Assembly (NCBI GenBank): GCA_964650945.1
Contig: CAZYXU010000004.1
Location: 2,594-66,593 of the forward strand
Direction: 5' to 3'
DNA from: an uncultured Verrucomicrobiota bacterium
GTDB lineage: Bacteria; Verrucomicrobiota; Kiritimatiellia; JAAZAB01
Length of the DNA stretch: 64,000 bases
The notes under the pieces are model-generated. The model saw only the letters and a program-made list of their open reading frames with translations, was not told the origin of the DNA and did not search any database. The position numbers and the translations under genes were made by a program. Position 1 is the stretch's first letter. Every line of letters begins with the position of its first letter. This document shows positions 50,441-59,885 of the stretch, piece after piece.

Positions 50441-50569
50441 AAAAAACCGCCCTTTGGGTGAGGTCATTATGCCGCATCTGCTTTGTTGGCAAGGGTTCCA
50501 TGTATAAGCATACCCCATCACCCTTGCCGCCGCGCATCCGCGGCATACTGTCCTCATCACGGATTCAGG
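50441..50569 (+). repeat. 129-nt structured repeat element, copy 2 (candidate structured RNA)
   Basis: A gap-free alignment to 29461-29589. The inner helix is GGCAAGGGT/ACCCTTGCC (50488-50496 / 50520-50528). The element ends 17 nt before the NfeD start codon. Confidence 0.8.
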
Positions 50570-50586
50570 CGGGACAATCTGGCCCG

Positions 50587-52086
50587 ATGCCGGCAGGGCA
50601 ATTGCCACCCGCCGGTAGAGCGCGGTGGGGAATCTGCCTGGCAATCGCCTGGATCATTGGAACCGCTGGCCTGATGCGGGCGGCGCCCGCGGATGTGCCG
50701 GCCATCCCAACCAACCCTCCGGCGGCCATCACGGCGGCCGCCCTGGCGCCTGCCGCCGCGGCCGGGGCGTTGACGTATGTCATCCCGATTGAAGGCCCGA
50801 TTGAAAAAGCCCTGCTTTATGTGATCCGCCGCGGAATGATGCAGGCGGAACAGCGCCAGGCAGCCGCCGTGGTTTTTGTCATGAACACTCCCGGCGGACA
50901 ATTGGACGCCACGGAGGAGATCGTCCGCCTGCTCCTTAAAACCCGCGTGCCCACCTACACGCTGGTGCAATCGCGCGCCTTGTCCGCGGGCGCCATCATT
51001 GCCATGGCCACCGACCGGATTTACATGACGCCCGGCAGCATCATCGGCGATGCCCTGCCGATCATGATCACGCCTTTCGGCGGCGTCCAGGAACTGCCGG
51101 AAGCCATGCAGGAAAAGGCGGTTTCCGCCGTATCCGCCATGATCCGCTCCGCCGCCCAGCAAAAAGGCCATGACCCGCAACTGGCCGAGGCCATGGTGCG
51201 CCGTGAATTGGAATTTAAAATCGGCGACCTCGTCATCAGCCCCGCCGGACAGCTCCTGACGCTCACCGACACCGAAGCCGCCCGCCCGGCCGGCGCACCA
51301 GGGCGGCCGCTGTTATCGCAGGGAACAGTCGGCGGCTTGACTGAGTTGCTCAAGCGCGAGGGCCGGGATGCGGCCGAGACCGTCACCCTGCAAGTGACGG
51401 CGGCGGAAAAAATCGCGCGCCTGATCGAATCTTTTTCCGTAATTCTGCTGGCCGCCGGCCTGCTGGGATTATATATTGAATTTAAAACCCCGGGATTCGG
51501 TCTGCCGGGGATCGCCGGCATCATTTGCCTGGCCTTGTTTTTTTGGGGCCACCATATCGCCGGCTTGTCCGGCATGGGCGAAATCCTGCTTTTCACGCTC
51601 GGCGTCGTTTGCCTGCTGGTGGAGATTTTTGTGACGCCCGGCTTCGGAATGCTCGGCGTCACCGGGATCCTGCTGGTATTGTTAGCCCTGTTTTCCGCCA
51701 TGGCGCCCGGTCTGCCTGATTTCACCTGGCCTTCTGCGGTCAAAAACCTGCAAATCCCATTGCTGAAGGTTGCCGGCTCGGTGGTGCTGTGCGGGCTGGC
51801 CGCCTGGATGCTGGGATCGCGCCTGCCGCATTCCCCGCTGTTCCGGCGCATCATGCTGCAAGCGGCCGACGACCGCCGCAGCGGTTACAGCGCCGGCCCC
51901 GACACCCGCCAATGGCTGGGGCAGACCGGCAATGCCCTGACGGCCTTGCGCCCGGCCGGCACGGGGGCTTTCGGGGAACACCATCTGGACATTGTGACGC
52001 GCGGAGAATACCTGGCGGCCGGCACCCCGGTCAGGATTGTGGAAACCCACGGCGCCCGGATTGTTGTCGAGGAGGCTAAAGCGTAG
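50587..52086 (+). CDS. NfeD family membrane-bound ClpP-class serine protease (long form: protease + TM region + OB domain)
   Basis: This is ORF 50431..52086. I place the start at ATG 50587 because the upstream part of the ORF reads through the repeat element. The ClpP-like region is YVIPIEGPIEKALLYVIRRG, VFVMNTPGGQLDA, ALSAGAIIAMA. Several TM helices follow, then a C-terminal OB region (ALRPAGTGAFGEHHLDIVTRGEYLAAGTPVRIVE). Confidence 0.8.
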   Translation: MPAGQLPPAGRARWGICLAIAWIIGTAGLMRAAPADVPAIPTNPPAAITAAALAPAAAAGALTYVIPIEGPIEKALLYVIRRGMMQAEQRQAAAVVFVMNTPGGQLDATEEIVRLLLKTRVPTYTLVQSRALSAGAIIAMATDRIYMTPGSIIGDALPIMITPFGGVQELPEAMQEKAVSAVSAMIRSAAQQKGHDPQLAEAMVRRELEFKIGDLVISPAGQLLTLTDTEAARPAGAPGRPLLSQGTVGGLTELLKREGRDAAETVTLQVTAAEKIARLIESFSVILLAAGLLGLYIEFKTPGFGLPGIAGIICLALFFWGHHIAGLSGMGEILLFTLGVVCLLVEIFVTPGFGMLGVTGILLVLLALFSAMAPGLPDFTWPSAVKNLQIPLLKVAGSVVLCGLAAWMLGSRLPHSPLFRRIMLQAADDRRSGYSAGPDTRQWLGQTGNALTALRPAGTGAFGEHHLDIVTRGEYLAAGTPVRIVETHGARIVVEEAKA

Positions 52087-52089
52087 ACT

Positions 52090-52566
52090 ATGCAAATTTT
52101 TATCCTGCTGCTGGCCGCCGGGCTGCTCTTGCTGGCCGCTGAAATCTTCCTGCCCGGCGGCATTTTAGGTATATTCGGGGGACTGGCCCTGGTGGGCGCG
52201 ATTTTCGCCGGCTTCGCCGTCTTCGGCCCGCTCGCCGGCGCGTATATCGCCCTGGCGGTCATCCTCGGCGGCAGCGCCGGGATCGTCTTGTGGATTCGCT
52301 ATTTCCCCCGCACCCGCGCGGGCCGCGCGCTGACCCTGTCGCATACCGAGTCTGAATACAAATCCGCCGATGGAGCGGCCTGGCGTGATTTGACCGGCAA
52401 AGCCGGCACGGCGGTCACGGATTTGCGGCCAGCCGGCATCGCCCGGGTGGACAACCGCAATTTCGATGTGGTTGCGGAAGGGATGTTGATTGAACGCGGC
52501 AGCGCCATCCACGTCATTAAAGTGGATGGCAACCGCATCGTCGTCCGCCAGGATGGCGGACAATAG
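52090..52566 (+). CDS. NfeD family protein, short form (TM helices + C-terminal OB fold)
   Basis: The N-terminal half is hydrophobic. The OB region is GKAGTAVTDLRPAGIARVDNRNFDVVAEGMLIERGSAIHVIKVDGNRIVV. It starts 3 nt after the upstream stop codon. Confidence 0.8.
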   Translation: MQIFILLLAAGLLLLAAEIFLPGGILGIFGGLALVGAIFAGFAVFGPLAGAYIALAVILGGSAGIVLWIRYFPRTRAGRALTLSHTESEYKSADGAAWRDLTGKAGTAVTDLRPAGIARVDNRNFDVVAEGMLIERGSAIHVIKVDGNRIVVRQDGGQ

Positions 52567-52641
52567 TTTAATTTGTTCGGCTTTGACATCATGCGCATGG
52601 ATATGCCATAATTCCCCTTTTAGATTCACAGGAGAAATTAT

Positions 52642-54303
52642 ATGCAGCGTTTCCCCCAGGTTGGAATTAGAATCAGAATTAAATGGCTGGCCTTTTTGTT
52701 GCTCGGCAATTTGGCGCTGGGAATAGCCGCCGATGAAACCACGGACCTGCTTCAGGCCCGGATTGCCGCCTTGCAGAGCCCCGACTTGCCCAGCAACCGT
52801 TATGCCATGGCGGAATTGGTAAAAATTGGCCCGCCAGCGGTGGCGGCGCTGATTCCCTGTCTGCAAAACGGCAATCAACTGACCCGGCTTTCCGCCGCCG
52901 AGGCGCTGGGATTGATCGGCGACCCGCGCGCGGTGGAACCATTGCTAACCATGTTCAACAGCGATAATTATGCCGGACGCTGGGCGGCGGCGGAAGCCTT
53001 GGGGCGCCTCCGCGACCCCCGCGCCGTAACCCCTTTAATTGAAGGATTGCGCGACGCCACGGACAATCTGCGCGGCGCGATTGTCACGGCGTTGAATCAA
53101 ATCGGCGACCCGCGCGCCGTCCCCCCCCTGGTGGAATTCCTCAAGGATGAAAATCCGGATACGCGCATGGCGGCCGTCCGGGTAGTCGGACGATTGGGCG
53201 GGCCGGAAGTCGCCCCCGCCCTGATTCCCTGCCTGAATGACGCCAATCCCGCGGTGCGCATGAACGCCGCCGAGGCGCTGGGCCGGCTGGGCGCCAATGC
53301 AGCCGTGGACCCGCTGATTCAGATGCTGGGCGATGACCAGGCCGGTGTGCGCCTGGCGGCGGCTGCCGCCCTGGGTAAAATCGGCGACCCGCGCGCCGTC
53401 CCCCCGCTGGTGGAAGCACTGCAGCCGCATGATGCCGAACAGCGGATTGTGGCCGCCCAAAACCTCGGCCTTTTGCGCGACGCCGGCAGCGTCCAGCCCC
53501 TGATTGCCCTGTTGCGCGACGAGCGCGCGGAAGTTCAGGCCGCCGCCGCCGCCGCCTTGACCCAGATTGGCGCGGTTGCGGTTCCGGACTTGATCGTTTG
53601 CCTCGGCGACTATACCCCGCGCATCTGCGCCACTGCCGCGCAGATTCTCGGGCAAGTCGGCAGCCAGGATGCCCGTGATCCGATGATCCCGCTGCTCAAG
53701 CATACGGATACCGGCGTGCGCCAGGCGGCGGCTGCCGCCCTGACCCGCCTGGGTTATGCGCCGGATTTGCTGGACGATCAACTGACCTTTTACATTGCCG
53801 GCGCCAATTGGAAGGCCATTCTGGACGCCGGCGCGCCGGCGTTTGAGCTCTTGATCGGGCGGCTGCAAAGCGAAAACTCCACCGATCGCATCCTGGCGCT
53901 GGCGGCCATGGAAAATATCGGCCGCAGCAATATCGCACCGCTGGTTGACGCCTTGCGCTACACCAATGCATCCGTCCGGATTTTCGCGGCCGAGGCCCTG
54001 GGCAAAATCGGCAACGAGCAAGCCATCGAACCGCTGACCGCGCTGCAAAATGACGATAACGAATACGTGCGTAAATACGCCGCGCGCGCCCTGAACCAGC
54101 TCGGCCGCCAAGTCCCCATCCCCGAGCCCGCGCCACTGCAGATCGAGCGCCCGGCGGCCGCCGCGGCCGAAGCCGCAGCCGCTGCCGCCGCTGATGGAAC
54201 TGCGGTTACCGGCGGCAACGGGGCGGAAACCAACGCCCCGGCCGCGGAGACTGCCGCGCCGACCAACAGCGTTTTGGGCGACATCCCCCTGTTGACATTT
54301 TGA
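52642..54303 (+). CDS. Exported HEAT (PBS-lyase type) repeat protein with an Ala-rich C-terminal tail
   Basis: AGGAG lies before the ATG, and the N-terminus is signal-like (WLAFLLLGNLALGIAA). About 14 repeats of 31 aa follow the form AAEALGxIGDPRAVxPL. Confidence 0.85.
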   Translation: MQRFPQVGIRIRIKWLAFLLLGNLALGIAADETTDLLQARIAALQSPDLPSNRYAMAELVKIGPPAVAALIPCLQNGNQLTRLSAAEALGLIGDPRAVEPLLTMFNSDNYAGRWAAAEALGRLRDPRAVTPLIEGLRDATDNLRGAIVTALNQIGDPRAVPPLVEFLKDENPDTRMAAVRVVGRLGGPEVAPALIPCLNDANPAVRMNAAEALGRLGANAAVDPLIQMLGDDQAGVRLAAAAALGKIGDPRAVPPLVEALQPHDAEQRIVAAQNLGLLRDAGSVQPLIALLRDERAEVQAAAAAALTQIGAVAVPDLIVCLGDYTPRICATAAQILGQVGSQDARDPMIPLLKHTDTGVRQAAAAALTRLGYAPDLLDDQLTFYIAGANWKAILDAGAPAFELLIGRLQSENSTDRILALAAMENIGRSNIAPLVDALRYTNASVRIFAAEALGKIGNEQAIEPLTALQNDDNEYVRKYAARALNQLGRQVPIPEPAPLQIERPAAAAAEAAAAAAADGTAVTGGNGAETNAPAAETAAPTNSVLGDIPLLTF

Positions 54304-55499
54304 TGCACAGCCAACATTTTTCCCGGGCATGGGCGTTGGCCGCACTCTTCCCGCTGCTGGTCACCAACACTCCGGCCGTCACTTTACAGCGGGTGGAAGG
54401 ACCGTTCGTCTTGCCGGCGGATGCCAGCCTGCCGGCGGAAACCCTGATCATCGCCGAAAGCGTCGAAATCAACGGGCAGGCGGTTGACGATGCATTTTTC
54501 CTGGCGATCGGCGCCGGCGCCCTGCGGCAGCCGCCCGGCGCCGGCCGCATCAAATTGCAGGGCGAGTTCCGGAACGACGTCTGGGCGTGGGGCCGGCACA
54601 TCAACCTGGCCGGGGTCATCCATGATCATGCCCGCCTGGCCGGCACCAGCGTCGCCATTCACGGCCAGGTCCAAGGCAACGCCCTGGTGGCCGCAAATAA
54701 TGTCCACCTGGCGCGTTCGTCCGTGCTGGCGGCCGGCGCGCATATTTTCGGCGAAAATGTGATCTGCGAAGGCGCGGTGACCGGCGGACTGACGATTGTC
54801 GGCGGCAACGTCACGCTAGCGGGACATTGCGGCGGCAACGTCGAGGTTAAAGCCCGGGACCTGGTGATTTTGCCCGGCGCGGTGATTGACGGCGACCTGG
54901 ATTACTGGACGCCGAAAACCGTGATCGTGCCGGAGCACGCCGCCGTCAAAGGCCGGTTCCGCAGACTTCAATCGCCGGCCGGCAAACCGGCGGGCAAAAT
55001 CATTGCGGCGCTGCCCCTGGCCATCTGGGGATTTCTCAGTTCCTTGTGCGCGGGCGCGTTGCTGGTGCTGTGCTGCCCCGTGCTGGCGGCCGGCGCGGGA
55101 CTGGCCGCCCGCCATACGCCCGGCCGCAGCCTGATGTCCGGATTGCTTTTACTGGCGGTCGCGCCGGCGCTGATCCTGCTGCTGATGCTGAGCGTCATCG
55201 GCCTGCCGGCGGGGCTGATCCTGGGCGCATTAACCGTCATGCTCGTCTACCTGGGGAAGATCGTCCTGGCGATCGCGCTGGGCTTACTCTTGCTGCGCCC
55301 GCCCGCGCAGTTAACCCGCCGCGCGCTGATCAACCGCCTGGCATTGGGACTGCTGGTGCTGCACGCCGCCGCCTTCCCCGTATCCGGCCTGCCGGTCTGG
55401 ATGCTTGCCGCCACATTGGGCGCCGGCGCCCTGCTGCGCGCCAAGAGCCTGCAAATTATTTCTGCAACATCATGCGCCAACAAGCCAGACGGTCTGTAA
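54303..55499 (+). CDS. Membrane protein with an exported bactofilin-like (polymer-forming, beta-helical) domain and a C-terminal multi-TM region
   Basis: The start overlaps the HEAT gene stop codon (TGATG). It has a signal-like N-terminus, then repetitive G/V/N-rich turns (VAIHGQVQGNALVAANNVHLARSSVLAAGAHIFGENVICEGAVTGGLTIVGGNVTLAGHCGGNVEV), then 4-5 TM helices. Confidence 0.6.
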   Translation: MHSQHFSRAWALAALFPLLVTNTPAVTLQRVEGPFVLPADASLPAETLIIAESVEINGQAVDDAFFLAIGAGALRQPPGAGRIKLQGEFRNDVWAWGRHINLAGVIHDHARLAGTSVAIHGQVQGNALVAANNVHLARSSVLAAGAHIFGENVICEGAVTGGLTIVGGNVTLAGHCGGNVEVKARDLVILPGAVIDGDLDYWTPKTVIVPEHAAVKGRFRRLQSPAGKPAGKIIAALPLAIWGFLSSLCAGALLVLCCPVLAAGAGLAARHTPGRSLMSGLLLLAVAPALILLLMLSVIGLPAGLILGALTVMLVYLGKIVLAIALGLLLLRPPAQLTRRALINRLALGLLVLHAAAFPVSGLPVWMLAATLGAGALLRAKSLQIISATSCANKPDGL

Positions 55500-57212
55500 T
55501 GGCCGCAACTGCCAGCCGCCGGCGGGGTGCGTTTGCCGGGAGATGAGATCGCGGCATTTGCCCGCGCCCAATCCGGCATCCGCCAGCCAGGCCGCATCCA
55601 GCGTCACCGGGTCGGCGCCGAGATTGCTGGCGGCCAGGATTATTTCTCCGCCGGCCGGCGCCGTGCGCAGGACTGCAAAAACCCGCGGCCCGTAATCCAA
55701 TACGCGCTGGGAACCGCGCGGGTCAAACGCCGGTTGGCGGCTGCGGATGCGCAGGAGCCGCAGGATGGCATGGAAGGCGCGGCTGGGCAGTGAATGATGA
55801 TCCGCCAGGGCCGGCTCAAGTTCCGGCAGGCTGAATTTGCGGCGGTTGATGGCGCGCGCCTGACCGGTGGCGCGCACGCCCTCCAGATTATTGCGGTCGG
55901 CGAGCAAACTGTTGAAATACACCGCCGGCACGCCCTGCAATTCCAGCATGACCGTCTGGGAGCAGATAAACCGGGCCAACTGCCGTTCCTCATCAGCGGC
56001 GCCGGGTTCGGCGAGTGCGTCAAAATAGGTGATGTTCAACTCGTAGGGAACATCCTGTCCGGCCGGCGTCCGGCGGGTGGAAACCTGACCGCCCCGCCGG
56101 CGCACGTCTTCAACCAGTTTGTCAATCTCCGCCGGCGGCAATAAATCCTGCAGCGGGCGCACGCCGATGCCGTCATGCGAGGCGGTGAAATTCAGGAAAA
56201 CGCATCCGGGGGGCGGCGGCGCGAGGGCGGCGGCCCAGGCGGACAAATGGCGGGCATCGCCGGCCAGCAGGGCGTGCAGCAGGAGCGGCGGCAGCGCAAA
56301 TTGGTAGACCAGATGGGCTTCGTCCCCGGCGCCGAAATAACTGATGTTTTCCGCATGCGGCACGTTAGTCTCGGTCAGCAACCGCGCCCGCGGCGCGGCC
56401 AGGTCCAGCAGGTCGCGGAATAACTTGACCACCGCATGGGTTTCCGGCAGGTGGATGCAGGACGTGCCGGGCTTTTTCCAGAGATAGGCGATGGCGTCCA
56501 AACGGATGATAGCGGCGCCCATGCTGATGTAAAACAACAGCAAATCCAGAAATTCAAACAGGACATCCGGATTGGCGAAATTCAAGTCAAGCTGGTCGGC
56601 GCTGAAAGTTGTCCAGAGATGCTTCGGCCCGTGGCGGGTCTGCGCGGGGGTCAGCAGCGGCAGCGAACGCGGGCGGACGACCTGGCCGTAATCGGCCCCG
56701 GAATCGGCCTCGATGAAATAGCGGCAGGCCGGCGCCACCCCGGCGGTATAGTCCTGGAACCAGCCGCTTTGGCGCGAAACGTGGTTGAGCACCAGGTCGA
56801 ACATTAATTGAAAATGCTCGCTCAGGCGGCGGACATCGTCCCAGCCGCCCAGCTCCGGATTGACCTGGCGGTAATGGATGACGGAAAAACCGTCATCGGA
56901 CGAATAAGGGAAAAACGGCAGAAGATGGATGGTCCGGAAGGCGCGGACAAAATGCCGGTCGGCGAATTTTTTCAGAATGCGCAAGGGCGGTGCGCCGGGC
57001 GCGCGCAGGACATCGGCATAGGCGATCAGGACGGCATCGCGCTGGTCCGGGCCGGCGTCCGCCGGCGCCGCGCCCGCCGGGCCGACGCCGTAACGGCCGG
57101 GCAGCATGGCAAACCGCGCCAGGCAGGCGTCGGCCCGGTCGCCATAAAGTTGCCCCAAACGCCGCCGGACATGCGCCAGCGCCTGGTGAAAAAACGCGGG
57201 GTTATTGATCAT
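55470..57212 (-). CDS. GH13 subfamily 18 sucrose-phosphorylase-like enzyme (candidate glucosylglycerate phosphorylase)
   Basis: FDLVLNHVS, IIRLDAIAYLWK (nucleophile region), LLTETNVPHAEN (acid/base region) and TASHDGIG form the pattern of the sucrose phosphorylase family. Its 3' end overlaps the convergent upstream gene by 30 nt. Confidence 0.8.
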   Translation of the reverse strand: MINNPAFFHQALAHVRRRLGQLYGDRADACLARFAMLPGRYGVGPAGAAPADAGPDQRDAVLIAYADVLRAPGAPPLRILKKFADRHFVRAFRTIHLLPFFPYSSDDGFSVIHYRQVNPELGGWDDVRRLSEHFQLMFDLVLNHVSRQSGWFQDYTAGVAPACRYFIEADSGADYGQVVRPRSLPLLTPAQTRHGPKHLWTTFSADQLDLNFANPDVLFEFLDLLLFYISMGAAIIRLDAIAYLWKKPGTSCIHLPETHAVVKLFRDLLDLAAPRARLLTETNVPHAENISYFGAGDEAHLVYQFALPPLLLHALLAGDARHLSAWAAALAPPPPGCVFLNFTASHDGIGVRPLQDLLPPAEIDKLVEDVRRRGGQVSTRRTPAGQDVPYELNITYFDALAEPGAADEERQLARFICSQTVMLELQGVPAVYFNSLLADRNNLEGVRATGQARAINRRKFSLPELEPALADHHSLPSRAFHAILRLLRIRSRQPAFDPRGSQRVLDYGPRVFAVLRTAPAGGEIILAASNLGADPVTLDAAWLADAGLGAGKCRDLISRQTHPAGGWQLRPLQTVWLVGA

Positions 57213-57218
57213 GGCGGG

Positions 57219-58478
57219 TTAATCCAGGCCGCGGACATTGGTAATCAGGGTGCGCAGGCTGCGGCGCAACACGTCAAAGCTGTAATGCCGGGCGGCCACG
57301 GCGTAATTATGCTCGGCAATCGCCTGGCGGTAAGCGGGATTTTCCAACAGCCGTCGGACTTCCGCGACCACCTCCGCGGTCAGAAACCCCTCCATCACCG
57401 GCAGTTTAAAGCCGCGCGGTTCGATGTCGCGGCCGAAAATGGCGTAGCGATTGACCAATACCGGCTTCTTGAAATAGATCGCCTCGAGCAGCGCATTGCC
57501 GAAACCTTCGTAAATGCTGGGATAAGTGATCAGGTCGGCATGCGGATAAATATCCCAGAGCGTATACATCTTTTTGCCGATGCCGTTCAACTGCCGGATA
57601 TCGCTGACGCGCGTGGCGAAAAACCGCAGGTCCACGCCGGTCTGGCGGGCGTATTCCGCCAGCATGTTGTGGTATTCGTAACCTTCGTCGCCGGCCTCAT
57701 GCGTGACCACCAGCTTGTAGCGGGGGTTGTTCAGCATTTTCACCAGGGTGATGGCATGCTCAATGCCCTTGCGCGGCACGATGCGCGTGGGCTGCAGGAT
57801 CAGGACGTCGCCGGGTAGCAGCCCCATTTCCGCGCGCAAATCGGTGGTGTAGGCATCCGCCGGCGCGGGCGGATTGGCGAAATCCAGCACGTTGGGGATC
57901 AGAATGGATGAGACGGCCTTGCGGCGCGCCAACTCCTCCTGGGCCGCATAGTTGATCACCACATGCTGCAAGGTTGGATCGCGCGGCGGGAAACACATAT
58001 CGAGGTAATCCGGAGCGGCATTGACGGCATAGCGGTTGCGTTCCCAGTAAAAATCGTGGTGATGCGCGATGGCCGGCAGCGTGGTCTCCGCCAGCAATTC
58101 CGTGATGGCCAGGCCGAGCGGCAGGTGCATGGGAATGCTGACCGCGTTTTCCAGGATTAAAATGTCAATTTCATAACGCCGGATGAATTCCCGCAGGGTT
58201 TGCTTCAGGTAGGCGGCCAGGACGTGGATGCGTTCGGTGACCAGCGGCGGCCGGGATTTCCGCCCCCAGATTTGCCCGTTAATCCAGGCGTTTTCCGGAT
58301 GCGAAAACATGGCCTCCGGCACGCACAGGCTGACGGCGTCGGGATGATCCAGCCGGCCGGCGTACCAGAAACAGCGATGCTGGGACTCCTCCAGCATTTG
58401 CGCCCACTTCAAGGCCTCGAGCGAAACGCCATCGGTGCCGGCAAAACGCGTTGAGATGAACCCGATATTTTCAGACAT
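57219..58478 (-). CDS. GT-B fold glycosyltransferase (GT4-like), paralog A
   Basis: It carries IGFISTRFAGTDGVSLE, AHHHDFYWER, LQPTRIVPRKGIEHAI and YPSIYEGFGNALLEAIYFKKPVLV (an EX7E-like region). It is related to the 60953 gene. Confidence 0.75.
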   Translation of the reverse strand: MSENIGFISTRFAGTDGVSLEALKWAQMLEESQHRCFWYAGRLDHPDAVSLCVPEAMFSHPENAWINGQIWGRKSRPPLVTERIHVLAAYLKQTLREFIRRYEIDILILENAVSIPMHLPLGLAITELLAETTLPAIAHHHDFYWERNRYAVNAAPDYLDMCFPPRDPTLQHVVINYAAQEELARRKAVSSILIPNVLDFANPPAPADAYTTDLRAEMGLLPGDVLILQPTRIVPRKGIEHAITLVKMLNNPRYKLVVTHEAGDEGYEYHNMLAEYARQTGVDLRFFATRVSDIRQLNGIGKKMYTLWDIYPHADLITYPSIYEGFGNALLEAIYFKKPVLVNRYAIFGRDIEPRGFKLPVMEGFLTAEVVAEVRRLLENPAYRQAIAEHNYAVAARHYSFDVLRRSLRTLITNVRGLD

Positions 58479-58691
58479 GATGCGCAGCCTTGATCCGCGT
58501 GAGAATGTTCATAAAATATCTGGACACCGCCATTAATCTTTTTTATTATGTATCAACTGAAACCAACCCGCAAGGTTTTTTGCGCCAACCAGCAATTTTA
58601 ACTGTTTCTGTAAAACCACGGACCCGCCCGCACCGGACGGGGGCCCGCCGGGAAAAATGCAAAACACCGCGCCAGCACAACGGATATCCGC

Positions 58692-59885
58692 ATGCCAACC
58701 AATTTCAACGCGGCCAATCTGGACGAACTGCTGGCGCAACTGCCGCGCCTGCGCAAGGCGGCTGCGGAAATGCAGGACATCATCCTGGCCAACCTGGTGA
58801 TGCTCAGCGAGATCAGCGCGCCGGCGGGGGAAGAACAGGCGCGGATGGAGCTGTGGCTGCAGCGCCTGGCGGAAAACGGCGCCCAGAACTGTTCCCGGGA
58901 CGAAATGGGCAACGGCTGCGGCATGCTGCCGGGACGGACCGGCCAACGGACCATCCTGCTCGCAACCAACGCGGACACCCTGCCGACGGAAGAATCCGAG
59001 CGCGGGATTGAAGTCAAAGCGGACCGCGTGGTCGGGCCGTTTGTCGGCGACAACGGCCCGGCGCTGGCGGCCTTGTTGTCATTGCCGGTATTCATGGACC
59101 GCCTGGGACTGCGCCTGCAATCCGATCTGGCGCTGATGGGTGCGGCGCGTTCGCTGGGCCGGCACAACCTGGAAGGAGTGCGCTTCTTCCTGAGCAACAC
59201 CCGCCTGCCGGTGCAGACCGGCCTGTGGCTGGAGGGCGTGCAGTTTGGGCGGTTGAATTACAGTTGCCTGGGGTTGTTCCGCGGCGAGATCGTCTGCCGG
59301 GTTCCGGACGATTACAAGTGGATGCAGTTTGGGGCCACCGGCTCGATTCTGCCGATGAACGACGTGATTACGCGCATCAGCCAAATCGCCCTGCCGCGGC
59401 TGCCGTCCGCCAGCATCATCCTGGGCTCGATCAACGGCGGCGTGGATTACCAGAATATCGCCAAGCAAACCCGCCTGCGGTTTGAGGTGCGCGGCGAATC
59501 GGCGGAATTGACCCAGACCGTGCGCCGCCAGATTCAGGACATTGTGGACGCCGCCGCCGCCCGGTCGGGGATGTCCATTACCTTGCGCGAGGCGGCGTCA
59601 CGCCGGCCGGGCGGCCTGGAAATCGCCCATCCGCTGGTGCGCAACGCGCGGGCCATCATCACGGCGCTGGGGGTGCAACCGATGATGTATCCCACCACCA
59701 CGGCCCTGTCGGCTTTCGTGGACGCTCAAATCCCGGCCGTCACCCTGGGGTTCACCTCCGGTGAGCGCGAGGATGAACTGGGTGAAATGGGCGAATGGGT
59801 GAGCATCCCCGACATGTTTGCCGGGATGGCGCAACTGGCGGCCATGCTGGCGGCCATTGATGGAGGTTTTGACCATGCCGGCTAA
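58692..59885 (+). CDS. M20/M25/M40 peptidase-fold protein with degenerate metal-binding motifs
   Basis: The overall fold pattern is ArgE/DapE-like (LSEISAPAGEEQARMEL, ILLATNADTLP, VGDNGPALAALL). Asn sits where the first metal His is expected, and I cannot find the catalytic EE pair. Confidence 0.6.
   Translation: MPTNFNAANLDELLAQLPRLRKAAAEMQDIILANLVMLSEISAPAGEEQARMELWLQRLAENGAQNCSRDEMGNGCGMLPGRTGQRTILLATNADTLPTEESERGIEVKADRVVGPFVGDNGPALAALLSLPVFMDRLGLRLQSDLALMGAARSLGRHNLEGVRFFLSNTRLPVQTGLWLEGVQFGRLNYSCLGLFRGEIVCRVPDDYKWMQFGATGSILPMNDVITRISQIALPRLPSASIILGSINGGVDYQNIAKQTRLRFEVRGESAELTQTVRRQIQDIVDAAAARSGMSITLREAASRRPGGLEIAHPLVRNARAIITALGVQPMMYPTTTALSAFVDAQIPAVTLGFTSGEREDELGEMGEWVSIPDMFAGMAQLAAMLAAIDGGFDHAG

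Noticed and set aside
52800-54100. Regularly spaced DNA repeats, for example ATCGGCGACCCGCGCGCCGTCCCCCC at about 53101 and 53381, considered as a possible CRISPR or tandem array.
   Set aside because: They have a period of about 93 nt and lie inside one long ORF. They encode the 31-aa HEAT/PBS-lyase repeat (GDPRAVxPL). These are coding repeats, not a CRISPR array.
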